The notes under the pieces are model-generated. The model saw nothing but the letters and a program-made list of their open reading frames with translations. It made no database searches and had not been told where the DNA came from. Shown here piece by piece: positions 52,458-64,000 of a stretch of DNA of 64,000 nt. Where the stretch lies: contig OX597817.1 in the NCBI GenBank assembly GCA_951406725.2, forward strand, positions 152,086,001 through 152,150,000, written 5' to 3'. A program made the position numbers and the translations under genes. The stretch comes from Octopus vulgaris. Lineage: Eukaryota. Position 1 is the stretch's first letter. Every line of letters starts with the position of its first letter.

Positions 52458-54120
52458 GTATGAACTTGGCTTTTACCAATTTACTACTTCTGGAGTAAAT
52501 ATTGAATAAAAGGCTTTTGTGGCTGTATTTTAGAACATCATTTTGATTTGATAGGGAAAGCAATGGAATTTTCTCCACACTAAATACATTATTACAATAA
52601 ATACTGTGTAGATTCTACATGCAACTATTTTAGAATTCATTGAAAACAACAACTCCTCTACCATGTAAGGTAATAGGGTAAATCTTATTTAAATAGTTTA
52701 CTTATTCTCACCAGACAGGCTATTTAGTAACCAAGAATTTTTGGTTTTTAAACTTTGTCTTTTTGACAATATATAGATTCTTTTACTTGGTGAAAGATAG
52801 CTCTTTGATGTCTTTATCAGAAGTTTGGCACTGAAAATCAATAGCTTACAATGCTAAAAGATTAAGTGAAAAAAAAATCTACTGATTGTATAACAGGAAT
52901 CTAAGTGATAAATTATATTGAAGCCACAAAAGTTACTGAGAATTACTTTAAACTTTTATATACAAGTTTTGGCCAACTGTGGTCTTTGAAAGATTAACAC
53001 AGTCGTCATGAGAAACTGTTTATCATACAACACCATCAGATAATATTTCTCCTCAGCAAAAGGCTCTGTCTGTTATATTAGGCTTCTTCCTCATGGTAAA
53101 CCAATTTATTCCACTTTTGATCTGTTTATATTCATTAATTGCAACCACAAACCATTGTCACAAACCATTGCTAGTTCCTTCATATCTTACTATTTACCTA
53201 ATGAATTTAATTAAGTTTGTTTTAAACATATTTGTTTAAGAATTCAAATAAGTTCTTTATATTAACCACTTATACCCATACAGGTGTCAGTTAGAATCTC
53301 ATGACATACTAAGCTTCTTATCTTATGCAATATCATATTTTAGTAACTCTTTTTCCAGTACAATATCCAATTAAAATTAGTTTATTACAAAGTTACCAAA
53401 ATGATCAGTACTGTAAATCTTTAAAAAAAATTGGATAACAAATAATTCTGTAATAGTGTAGGTGGTCATATCACCAGACTATCAACCTATTGGTCTGTGA
53501 TCAATGACTTACTGTTACATGATGCCCCTTACTAAAACATCCAACAAACTAACTAGCGAGGAAATTACTATATAGTCTCTCAACATGCTAGAAATAGCTG
53601 TCAAATCATACCTTATTGTCTTTAAAAAAAAACTGGAGGAATACATCGAATATTTCTAAATGTTCTATATATGAAAAAACAAAACATGAGATGGTTCCAG
53701 CTGGAATTCTTTTGATCATAGATCTGTTCAATCAAGGCTCACCTCAGGATAAACACTACAGTCAACTCTTAGAGGCCCACAATGCCAGTTGGCCACTGTA
53801 AGTAGTCTGTGCAATATAGTTGACAAAGTTTGTTAGCTTGCAGTCCTGGGTTCCAATTCTCTTACGATAGGGGAGGGTTCCTCCATGAGTTATGACAGCA
53901 AGCAACAAGACAATTCAGTTTTTAGGTTGTGTGTGTGTGTTTGTGTGCTTATGTTTAGTTATAATAAAAACAATTTTACATTAATCTTGGAATTACTCTA
54001 TACTTTCATATATATATAAAATTTAAAATAATAATAGTGAAAAATTGAATATTAATTTGATTAATATCAATTTAAAACCAGTGGTCTACCATAGAGAAAA
54101 ATCTGAAGATTCAGAAAAAT

Positions 54121-54349
54121 TATATTACATACATATAAGTGGGATGACCACTAAGTGGACATCCATTATGCTAGAAGTAGACCCCCTATGGTCTTACCAC
54201 TAAGAAAGAATTGTTCTCAAGAAAATTTAGCAAAATTTGCTAAATTGTCTTGAACACAATCCTTTCTTAGTGGTAAGACCATAGGGGGTCTACTTCTAGC
54301 ATAATGGATGTTCACTTAGTGGTCATCCTTCTTATATGTATGTTATATA
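54121..54349. repeat. ~115-bp-arm near-perfect palindrome
   Basis: Arms are reverse complements centred on AATTTAGCAAA-A-TTTGCTAAATT at ~54235. Confidence 0.95.
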
Positions 54350-55211
54350 TATATATAACCTGTGTGCTCATGAGTTGTTGGAATAGTTAGAAAAGACAAA
54401 GGATTGTATAATTATCTGCTTGTCACTGTGTGTTATATTATAGAATAACGTGGGAAGGTTATACTTTGATTATCTTGTTTTTTTGTTTGTTTTTTGTTTG
54501 ATAAATTCAATAATATTGACTGCATTGTTCATTTTAAAAAAGCATTTTTAATATGTGAGGAGCAATTTCTAAAGCCAGGTAGAGTTTTGTAAGAAATGTG
54601 AAAAGTCTATGGTAAACTTAAATGTAATAAACATTTTCATTACAATATTTCTTTTCAAATACACTGCCTTTGTTTAATTCTAATTAATTTTGAAAATAAT
54701 GAAAAATTTAATAAAATAACTTTATCCTTATTATGCTTGTATTTGGAACATAAATTAACATGAAATTTTGATGGAGAATTTTGACCCTTTAGCATTAAAA
54801 CCAGCAATATCCAGCCAAAATATTCTGCCAATTTTATGTTAAAACTGGTTAGATCCAGTCCATCATACCTACCCTACAATGCCATTATAAAAATAAACAA
54901 TCACATTATTGAACTCTTGAAGTTACAAGATAATTGAGGATCAATTCAAAACAATTTGACAATGCTAAGGGGTTAGCATAGATCTCTTAAAAATAAAAAG
55001 TTTGAATCATAGAATCAGAAGTAGTTTCAAACAGGTTGGTATCAAAAGGGTTAACATTGAATATTTTTACAACTTCGTAGCAAAGCTGTAAAAGCTAAAA
55101 AAATTTTTTTTTTATCAATATAAAGCTAGCCAATTCTGCTTCCCATTCTATGATATATGCCAACAACATATTATTTCTATTCTTTTTTTTGTTTGTTTTT
55201 TATTAAAACAG

Positions 55212-55501
55212 TGCTATTCGCTTCCGTTGGACGCAAGGACACATTCCTCACTTTGACTATGCCCCAGAGTGGGCTATTGATAATGTGTTTATTGGAATGA
55301 TGTGCCTTAGTAATTGCAATGGACATGGAAGTTGCGGGAGCTCAATGTTGTGTGAATGTGATGAGGGTTATGGGGGAGACAGCTGCACTCCTCTCCAACA
55401 ACACCCCACCTCTATGAAAGAAGAGTTTAAGGAACCAGTGGTGGGTGGATCAAGCGCAGTTCGAGATTACTTTCAAAAACCATCTTCACAATTGCTTGAA
55501 G
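55212..55501 (+). CDS. RELN: Reelin exon P (end of 5A, EGF, start of 5B)
   Basis: aaacag|T, G|gtaact; AIRFRWTQG...WAIDNVFIGMMCLSNCNGHGSCGSSMLCECDEGYGGDSC...MKEEF; phase 2 to 1. Confidence 0.95.
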
Positions 55502-55582
55502 GTAACTGATACACTGTATTTGGAATTTATTGTGAATACTGCTTAATTACAACATATATTTATGTACATGTGTGTGCATATG

Positions 55583-55618
<36 letters not shown>

Positions 55619-55784
55619 CATGCTTGTGTGTGTGTATGCATGTGTGTTCTGATACATACCTGAACAATGAAGAAAGTGTGTTATATGTGCTCATATGTAT
55701 TATATTGTTGTTAATGTCACTGTTGTAATTCACTCTAAATTGATAATAATTATGTTACATTCTCCTTATGTTCTTCTCTAACAG

Positions 55785-55941
55785 CACAAACAGCATTGGA
55801 TGAGAAAAAATGGTTTATTTGGAGCAATGGCCGTATTACACCTAAGGAGTGTGGTCTTTTAATCAGAGGTGCAAGTCTATACTTTGGAGAAAATGGTGAC
55901 AGAGTTCTTATTAGCAAAGACCTAGATTTGTCTCGTGTCAG
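55785..55941 (+). CDS. RELN: Reelin exon Q (repeat 5B)
   Basis: taacag|CA, AG|gtagaa; QTALDEKKWFIWSNGRITPKECGLLIRGASLYFGENGDRVLISKDLDLSRV; phase 1 to 2 (alternative acceptor 9 nt downstream possible). Confidence 0.92.
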
Positions 55942-56614
55942 GTAGAAACACCTTTTCTATTTTAACCTAATTCATTATTGCCTTTTTATTGATTTATACT
56001 GAAATCTACGAAAGATTTTTATAGTTTCTTTCTAATGAAATACATTTTCTCACACTTTTAACTAAATACATTTCCTGACAAATTGAGCTTTCAATGATTT
56101 TTTTTTTTTTTTTCCTTACTGAAATAATTACAATAGCACTACATTGCTGTCTGAAACTGTGATAATCAACTGAGAAATAATACTTGTAAGTCAGTTCTTT
56201 ATACAACCCAGAAATTACTCTCGGGGTTAAATCTCAGGGCATAACTGCAATGGACAAGAGGGTGAATATAAGAGAGAAGAATAGGATGAGTGGTTAGGAA
56301 TGTTTATGAGACTATGAAAGGAGAGTGGCTGATGGATAGCAATGGAGATAGAAGGGAATAGAATATTTCTATCCATTTTGGTAGTACAAATATTAATTGA
56401 CACTGCAGATAATTAAATGCACAAGACAAAATCTAACAAATTTTTTTGCACTATTTAATATGCACTGTTGTGCACATCATTAATTGACCTAACAGTCAGC
56501 AATTAATTTATCTGTAGGGAAATTCCTCTCCCTTTGTTATATATACACAAATATGGACATAGTAGATAACAGCTAGCCTTCAGCCACCCTTTTGGAACCC
56601 TGTTGTGTCCACTA

Positions 56615-56760
56615 CTCTGATTGGTTGGTATTGGCGCAGTTTGTCTCTTGCTCTATTGCACACCAATATACAACCCAACCAATCGCAGCCATCTGATAAG
56701 ATCACGTCGGGGTCACCATTTATAAATGACCGTGCAAAGGAGAGGTGACAAAAATGGCTC
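56615..56760 (+). promoter_or_regulatory. Candidate intronic promoter/enhancer
   Basis: Four CCAAT/ATTGG boxes (56620, 56630, 56663, 56679), TGATAAG, TCACGTC, GGGTCA, TATAAAT (56721-27) and AAAATGGC (56751-58) in a locally CpG-rich, non-repeat stretch. Confidence 0.4.
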
Positions 56761-57512
56761 CTTTAGTACACCACACGGTCGGTACAATGAATACGAAAAG
56801 GATAAATGAGTATAAGTGCCAGAAGGAAAAGAGATACACAACTGGGTAGAATGTTTAAGAGAGGATTTTATTTATATGTTAACATGTGTGTCTGTGTGAT
56901 CGTCACACATACACATTATGTATACATGACAGCCTGTCTATTATTATGTAACTGTCAGCAAAACTCTTTATGTACATCAGATTTTATGGTCAAGTGCAGT
57001 TCTTAATAGTAGTGATAGTATACAATTTCTGTGGACAGAAGACCAGGAGGTACACACTTTCTGATTAGTTACCCCAAATAGGACCAAAACCAATCAAACT
57101 GATCTCCCTTCTTCTGCCTGCAAAGAGATTGTTTAGACAGTTGTTTATATTTGTCCGGTGTATCTAATCACACATTATAATAACAGCTGAAGCTTGTACT
57201 ATTTTTATAGAGAAAACTCTATTGTGCATTTACATGATATCTCTTAACTATTTTAGCATAACCTCATGTGATATCAAAATTATTACTCCAGAATTCAATA
57301 TGTTAATAAGATACTCATTGAATATTTATATTGTTTAACTCTATAGCAACCATGCTAGAACAGACCTGTCATCAAAGGCATTCCAACCATGACAATTTCA
57401 TTTTTTTCAACAATAATAATTCAACAATAAATATTAGAGCTATTTCTTATCTATTTTGGTGTTCTGTCATTCAAGAATAAATTAATCTTTAATTTTGTTA
57501 ATTTCCTTTCAG

Positions 57513-57771
57513 TATTGTTCAGTTCTTCCTGCGACTTGGTTGTAAAGCCTCTCCGCCCAGCACAGGGACCCCTCCAGTGTATGTCCAATATTCAGTCGAT
57601 GGTGGAATTACATGGCATACCTTTGAGCAATTTGACTTTTCCTATGAAAGTAACAAACCTGAATACATTGTTCTTCATCTGCCTGAAAAAGCTCGAACAA
57701 ATTCTACCAAGCTGCAATGGTGGCAGCCATCAACTGATGGTATTTTCACTGAACAATGGGCAGTCGATCAG
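57513..57771 (+). CDS. RELN: Reelin exon R (repeat 5B)
   Basis: tttcag|T, CAG|gttggc; IVQFFLRLGC...VYVQYSVDGGITW...TKLQWWQPSTDGIFTEQWAVDQ; phase 2 to 0. Confidence 0.95.
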
Positions 57772-58190
57772 GTTGGCAATCAACAAATTCCTTTTTACAA
57801 ATGTTTGCTTTCATTGGTTTTAGTCTATATTTTTGTAAATCTCTGTGAAAACTGAGTAAGATAATACTAAATTTACAATATTCAGATCACATTTTCATTT
57901 CCGGATCGCAGTACAATGAGGCATTAGAACACTTTTGATGAACATACCATAAATTAGGATTTCCATAAAGAAATTTTGAAAACAAATCTGTGTATTCTGG
58001 AAAAGTTTGGCACTAAAGAATCTTATAATAAGGCGAGGCACAGATATGGCTGTGTGGTTAAGAAGTTTGCTTTTCAACCACATGGTTTCAGTTTCAGGCC
58101 CACTGCATGTCAGCTTGAGCAAATGTCTTTTACAGCACATGTCAACCAAAGCTATGTCAGTGGATTTGACAAACAGAAACTGAAAGAAGC

Positions 58191-58252
<62 letters not shown>

Positions 58253-59271
58253 CCCGTGCTAGTAGGGTGCCAAGAGCACCATCCGAGCCTGATCGTTGCC
58301 AGAGCAGCGAACTAGCTTCTGTGGCACGTAAAAGGGCACCATTTGAGCGTGATCGTTACCAATGTCGCCTTACTGGCACCTGTGCCGGTGGCATGTGTAA
58401 AAAGATTCAAGCGAGGTCATTGCCAGTACTGCCTGACTGGCCCACATGCCGGTGAGACGTAAAAAGCACCCACTACCCTGTCGGAGTCGTTGGCATTAGG
58501 AAAGGCATTCAGCTGTAGAAACTCTGTTAGATCAAGATTGGAGCCTGGTGCAGCCATCTGGTTCGCCAGCCCTCAGTCAAAATCGTCCGACCCATGCTAG
58601 CATGGAAAGCAGACATTAAATGATGATGATATATGTATATATATATATAGATAGATAGATAGATAGATATATGCACACACACACGTGTGTTTGTTTGTGT
58701 ATTTATGTCTCCTTGTTCTTGACACCACATGATAGTTGTAAACAAGCACCACCATCATACAGGCAGCATCCTTCATTTCCAATCTTCAGAGAAATCATGT
58801 TTAGCAATGGCAAAATACTACCTTACTAGGAAACAGGAAAGGGTTAGCAATAGGAAAGTCATCTGGCAGTAGAAAATCTCCCTCAATTCTATCCAACTGA
58901 TACAAGCATGAAAACCTGGATGTCAAATGATGACAATGATGAGGGGAAAATAGCAATGATAGAAGTCTTTGTTTCAAGACATAAATCCTTTCATTTTAAC
59001 GTAATAATCTTTTAATCTTTCTCACCTTCATTTAACTTCAGATAGTATTTATTAACCAGGCACTTAACATTTTCATTCATCACTATTCAATATTGGGTTT
59101 ATCTTTTGCTAATCACCATTGCATCTTAATTCTTAATCCCAGTCAATTTCAATATAAATCATTTGGATTCCTAGTTAAATTAGTTAATTATTGTCTTGTT
59201 TCTTCAAGAGTTTTAATAAAGAAAATACTGATTAATTTATGAATAAAATTATACTTCCTTGATTTGTGCAG

Positions 59272-59413
59272 ATTTATGTTGGAGGAGATATTGATGGCAC
59301 TGAAATGCTTCTGGATGAACCAACAATTCCTCAAGATACAAACTGGCTGCTTTATCCTGGAGGAGAAATCAAAAAAGTCTGTGGGTCTGCTACAGAAGCT
59401 CTCTCCTTTGAAG
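59272..59413 (+). CDS. RELN: Reelin exon S (5B/6A junction)
   Basis: gtgcag|ATT, G|gtatac; IYVGGDIDG...NWLLYPGGEIKKVCGSATEALSFE; phase 0 to 1. Confidence 0.94.
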
Positions 59414-60653
59414 GTATACTCCATCTTTTACATAATTGGTTCTCAACAGGGGTACATATGACCCTTTAAGATCCATATAAGATTTTGTTATTGAAATTTA
59501 TGTACAATAAATTGTTTATACTTCTACTATATGCAAAATCATCATCATCGTTTAACATCCATTTTCCATGCTAGCATGGGTTGGATGGTTCGACCGGGGT
59601 CTGGGAAGCCAGGAGGCTGCACCAGGCTCCAGTCTGATCTGGCAGTGTTTCTACCACTGGATGCCCTTCATAACGCCAACCACTCCATGAGTGTAGTGGG
59701 TGCTTTTTACATGCCACCGGCACAGGTGCCAGACAAGGCTAGCATCAGCCACATTCAGATGGTGCATTTTACGTGCCACCGGCAAAATATTTTAACAATT
59801 TTTTGTACAGCTCCAAATAATATCTAATTACAAAGAATGTTATAGAATTTTTTAAACGTCAAATGTCTATGAAAATCCATCCAAGTAAAATAGGAATCAA
59901 TGGGGTCCATAGGTGAAAAATGGTCAAGAACCATTGCTTTACATTTTTGTGGTTGATACAGAAATACAACATGAGATGACGTTTTTGTTTCTATGCATTT
60001 GGAATGGAATTGAATAATTTCAACAGGTTTCACAGTTTAGGAGCCATTGTCTGCATAATATTATAAAATTTATCTTTTTGGAATTTTAAATTAAATTGTT
60101 AGCTGATGAACTCTGGAACAGGAAATACATCTTGTAAAACATTCTACTGACATCTGTGAAGGTGGCATCCATAATAGAATGGATATTGACCCAAAAGTGA
60201 AATTTCTAAGTAAAAACATATAAAAATATTTCAATATCCAAGTTGAAGCCCAATAATCATAAAGAGGATAATTATAGATCATGAGGCCTTCACTTTACAT
60301 TGTAATATTGTTATTTTGTTGTCATTGATTAGTCCAGCTTAGCTTGGATCAAAGGGACCTATAAATCAAAGACATTCCAACCATGACACATCGTCCTTTT
60401 GTATATCCTACACAACAAGGTTCCTTTGTTTTAAACAGTAGGGTGTGATTTGAGGAGATTCAGTTGCTACTTCTAGCAGATTGAACGACCATGTAGAGAC
60501 TCCATTGTTGGCTTCAGAACTCCCGTCGCTATTGCTGTCCTAACTAATACACATTACTTAATCTACCTCTAGATTGAACTATTTTGCCACTCCTATAACT
60601 TTGTGGCTATCCTGAGGAAGAATATCTAGTGTTTGATGAATATATTCGTTTAA

Positions 60654-60871
60654 CCCTTTCATTACTGTATTTATTTTGAGATGCTCTGTTTCTTTCAATT
60701 ACTTTACGTATAACAAAGAATTTAGTAAAATAACTCAGTTATCATTAAGCTAGTGTTAGGAACATAAATTGTAACTAAGATTTGGTGGAAGATTTTAATT
60801 CAAACCTTATGAAAACAAGACATTTGTACCCAGAGCCAGAGTCAGTTTCAGCCAGGTTGGTAACGAAAGGG
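60654..60871. mobile_element. piggyBac-type MITE family B
   Basis: TTAA-CCCTTTCATTAC...GTAACGAAAGGG-TTAA; relatives at ~33022-33232, 36841-37054, 40731-40958, 45085-45270, 54636-55050. Confidence 0.82.
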
Positions 60872-61345
60872 TTAAGCAAGTCAAAATTCTTGTTGCATTG
60901 ATGGTGTGCAAATGTCCCAACTCTCCGGGACATCCCTTCATTAACAACTCAACAGGACTGTTGTAAATCAAAAGCAATCGAAAGCAAAATCCTTTGATCT
61001 CCCCTTTTATGTATCTCTGGGGCAATTTTTTTGAAGTGTTTAAAATGCTTATTAAACATACAAGTCTTGATGGTACAAAGATTTGTTTCTTCTGTTTATT
61101 TCCCAATGGTCATCTTTCCAACTATTAATGAATATAAATTATTTAAATACTAGCATACTTTGTAGATGTTGACAATTCATATAATTTCTTTCCACTACCA
61201 ATTTCACAAAGTATCCCAATATTCACTGGGCTGTTTTTAAGTTCATTCTCACATCTCTGCCATAAGAATCAGTAGCAGAAGAGATCTAAATGAAGCTGAT
61301 TCTTTTCATAAAGATGTGATGATGATCAAGTTTGTTACTCTCCTT

Positions 61346-61745
61346 ACTCTTTTACTTGTTTCAGTCATTTGACTGTGGCCATGCTGGAGCACTGCCTTTT
61401 AGTTGAGCAAATTGACCCCAGGACTTATTCTTTGTAAGCCTAGTACTTATTCTATCAGTCTCTTTTGCCGGACCGCTAAGTTACAGGGATGTAAAGACAC
61501 CAGCATCGGTTGTCAAGCAATATTGTGGGGACAAACACAGACACACAAACATATACACACACATACATATATATATACGTATATGGGCTTCTTTCAGTTT
61601 CCATCTATCAAATCCACTCACAAGGCTTTGGTCGGCCCAAGGTTATAGTAGAAGACACTTGTCCAAGGTGCCATGCAGTGGGACTGAACCTGGAACCATG
61701 TGGTTGGTAAGCAAGCTACTTACCACACAGCCACTCCTACGCCCA
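61346..61745 (-). mobile_element. SINE family 1 copy
   Basis: Full-length reverse-complement match to the other family 1 copies. Confidence 0.85.
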
Positions 61746-61859
61746 TTAATGTTAAAATTAAATTGTTTTGTTTTTTTTTCCTTGGGGTCTGAAATGTCAT
61801 TAATCTCTAATAAATCATACTTTTGCTTTATGCTAATATTAAATATAAATCTTTTCCAG

Positions 61860-61967
61860 ATGAAGGTAATATGAGGTATGCAATATCCAGAGATGTGACC
61901 ACCTATTCAGGGACATTCATTCAATTTGAAGTCTCAATGGGATGCGAAGACACTAAACAATGCTATG
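61860..61967 (+). CDS. RELN: Reelin exon T (repeat 6A)
   Basis: ttccag|AT, G|gtaagt; (D)EGNMRYAISRDVTTYSGTFIQFEVSMGCEDTKQCY; phase 1 to 1. Confidence 0.94.
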
Positions 61968-62252
61968 GTAAGTTTAATATTCTTCTATCAAATTCGGTTA
62001 TATGTTATAACTTCTATTTCTGCTCTATTCAGTTATAATGTATCATTAATATACTCAATATATCATTTAACATATTTTATAATATACCATATACCATTAA
62101 TGAGCAGTATATCATATCATTAATATACCATATATAATACCACAAATGTACCAAATACTTAGGAATGATATACAAACTATTCAAGTCTACTTTCTTGGAT
62201 TTGCCCTTCTTCATATTATAAATCATAGCTAATGTTAAAAGAGACCACTTAA

Positions 62253-62473
62253 CCCTTTAGCATTTAAACCGGCCATATCCAGCCAAAAGTATTCTGCCTG
62301 TTTTATGTTCAAACTGGTCAGATCTGGTCTCTCAGACCAACCCTACAATATCATTTTAAAAATTAACAGCTACCTCATCAAAATCTCATAGCTACAAGAT
62401 AATGCATGATTAGTTCAAAACAATGTGGATGAAAAGGCATTAATTTTGGCAGAATAATGCAAACACTAAAGGG
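62253..62473. mobile_element. piggyBac-type MITE family A copy
   Basis: TTAA-CCCTTTAG...CTAAAGGG-TTAA. Confidence 0.82.
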
Positions 62474-64000
62474 TTAATGATCTGGGTGTGTGTATAGTTT
62501 GGTAATAATAAGCAGATTCCAAGGTAGAACAATTGTAGATAATTACTTTACATTGCAAAGCAGACGAGCTTGAATTAGATAAAACTGACCTATCAAAAAA
62601 AAAAGCACTTGTTCTCCCTGCAACTGAAGTTACTATTGTGTGTAATATAAACTCATCATCTATGTTTGTCAACTGGAGCTATGCTATTCTGAGCAATCAA
62701 TGCTGGATTGTGTCTTAGATTTTATTAAATCTATTAAGTAGCTATTGTATTAGCAAATTATAGCACCAATTAAATTCCATGCTTTGAAAACACTTAGAGA
62801 TTCTCAGCTCTTATTAATACCAAAGAGTTATCATCACATAAACACCCTTTCTTTTCTTTATGTGAATTATTCAATCCTTCTCAGAAGACATAACCATACT
62901 TTGTTTAAATCCTGTCTTGTCTTCTATTAATATCAAAAACACCTGACAGATATCTACGTTTTCCTCATCAACAATGACCTCCCATATATCCTCTCACAGA
63001 ATATCACTATTTAATGACATTTAGCAATATGCAATGCTGAGTCAATCTCTTACTTCTCATGAATATTAATCAGTTTAAAGGTTTCCATTCACAAGATTCC
63101 TGTATCAACTATCTGAGATCTATCTTATGTTCACAACCTTACCGAAATCACATAAGCAACACTTTATATTCTCTTGAGAGCTAAAATATCATTTCAGCTT
63201 TAGTCATTATTTTCTCTCTTCAAAGCTTAAATATATTTTAAATGTTCATCCTCTTTAATCATTTAAATATTAAGAAGCCATTTTAAAAAGATATATTTGC
63301 ATTATTAACAAGGTTTGCTGAAAATGCTCATTTGCTAACATTGCAGATATCTTGTTTCTATTTCAAGAGAAAAAAATCAACAAACCACGCACTAACTCGA
63401 CACCAACCCACTTGTTTTTTTATTATTTATTACCCACACTCTATTCTCCTTCCGAAAGACTCTCTGGAAGTATAAATGCAGTCCATTATTCCACTAAACT
63501 TGTAAAATTCCATCCCTGTCCATGTGTTTCTAAACCAACTTTCAAAATTTCACATTAATCACATCAGTCTTGCTTGTTTTAATATATTTTGGTGGACTAA
63601 GGCAGTGAGATGGCAGAATCATTAGCCCACCAGACAAAATGCTTTGCAGCATTTCATGTCTTTACATTCTGGGTTCAAATTCTGCCTAGGTCAATTTTGT
63701 CTTTTATTATTCTGGGATCAATAAAATAAGTACCAGCTTAGCCCTGGGGTCGATGTAATCGACTTGCCCCTCCCTAAAATTTTGCTGGCCTTGTGCCAAA
63801 AATTTGAGACTAATATTCAGGTGGACCTCAACAAAATACAGACAATTTCATCATCACTTAACGTCTGCTTTCCATGTTGGCATGGGTTGGACGGTTTAAC
63901 TGAGAACTGGCAGCCCAGTAGGCTGCACCAGGCTCCAATCTGATCTGGCAAGGTGTCTACAGCTGGATACCCTTCCTAATGCCAACCACTCCAAGAGTGT

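Noticed and set aside
60876-61106. Non-repeat-looking - strand ORF (99 aa)
   Set aside because: No recognisable homology, it runs into a MITE, and there are no partner exons; unsupported.

Overview
AT-rich, microsatellite- and retroelement-dense animal genomic DNA. The repeat families look like those of octopus (coleoid cephalopod); this is recognition from memory, not a database result. The whole window lies inside one + strand gene, a reelin orthologue. I traced 20 consecutive internal exons (1346 to 61967, 3671 nt, about 1,220 codons) whose splice phases all match in frame. They encode the end of reelin repeat 2B through the start of repeat 6A, with three EGF modules. The start and stop codons lie outside the window. 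One intron is GC-AG and one is 19.3 kb long. Introns hold tRNA-derived SINEs, 5'-truncated RTE LINEs with (GAT)n tails, piggyBac-type MITEs, a hAT element, a Helitron and many fold-back palindromes. Main observations: (1) a Penelope-type minimal hammerhead ribozyme, one base (G12>A) from intact, on the sense strand in the loop of a long inverted repeat; (2) the vertebrate dimerisation cysteine (mouse C2101) appears conserved, while the receptor-binding lysine (mouse K2360) appears replaced by Glu; (3) a ~24-aa loop insertion in repeat 5B; (4) a promoter-like intronic island with a phase-compatible candidate alternative first exon. Most short ORFs in the supplied track are repeat-derived noise.
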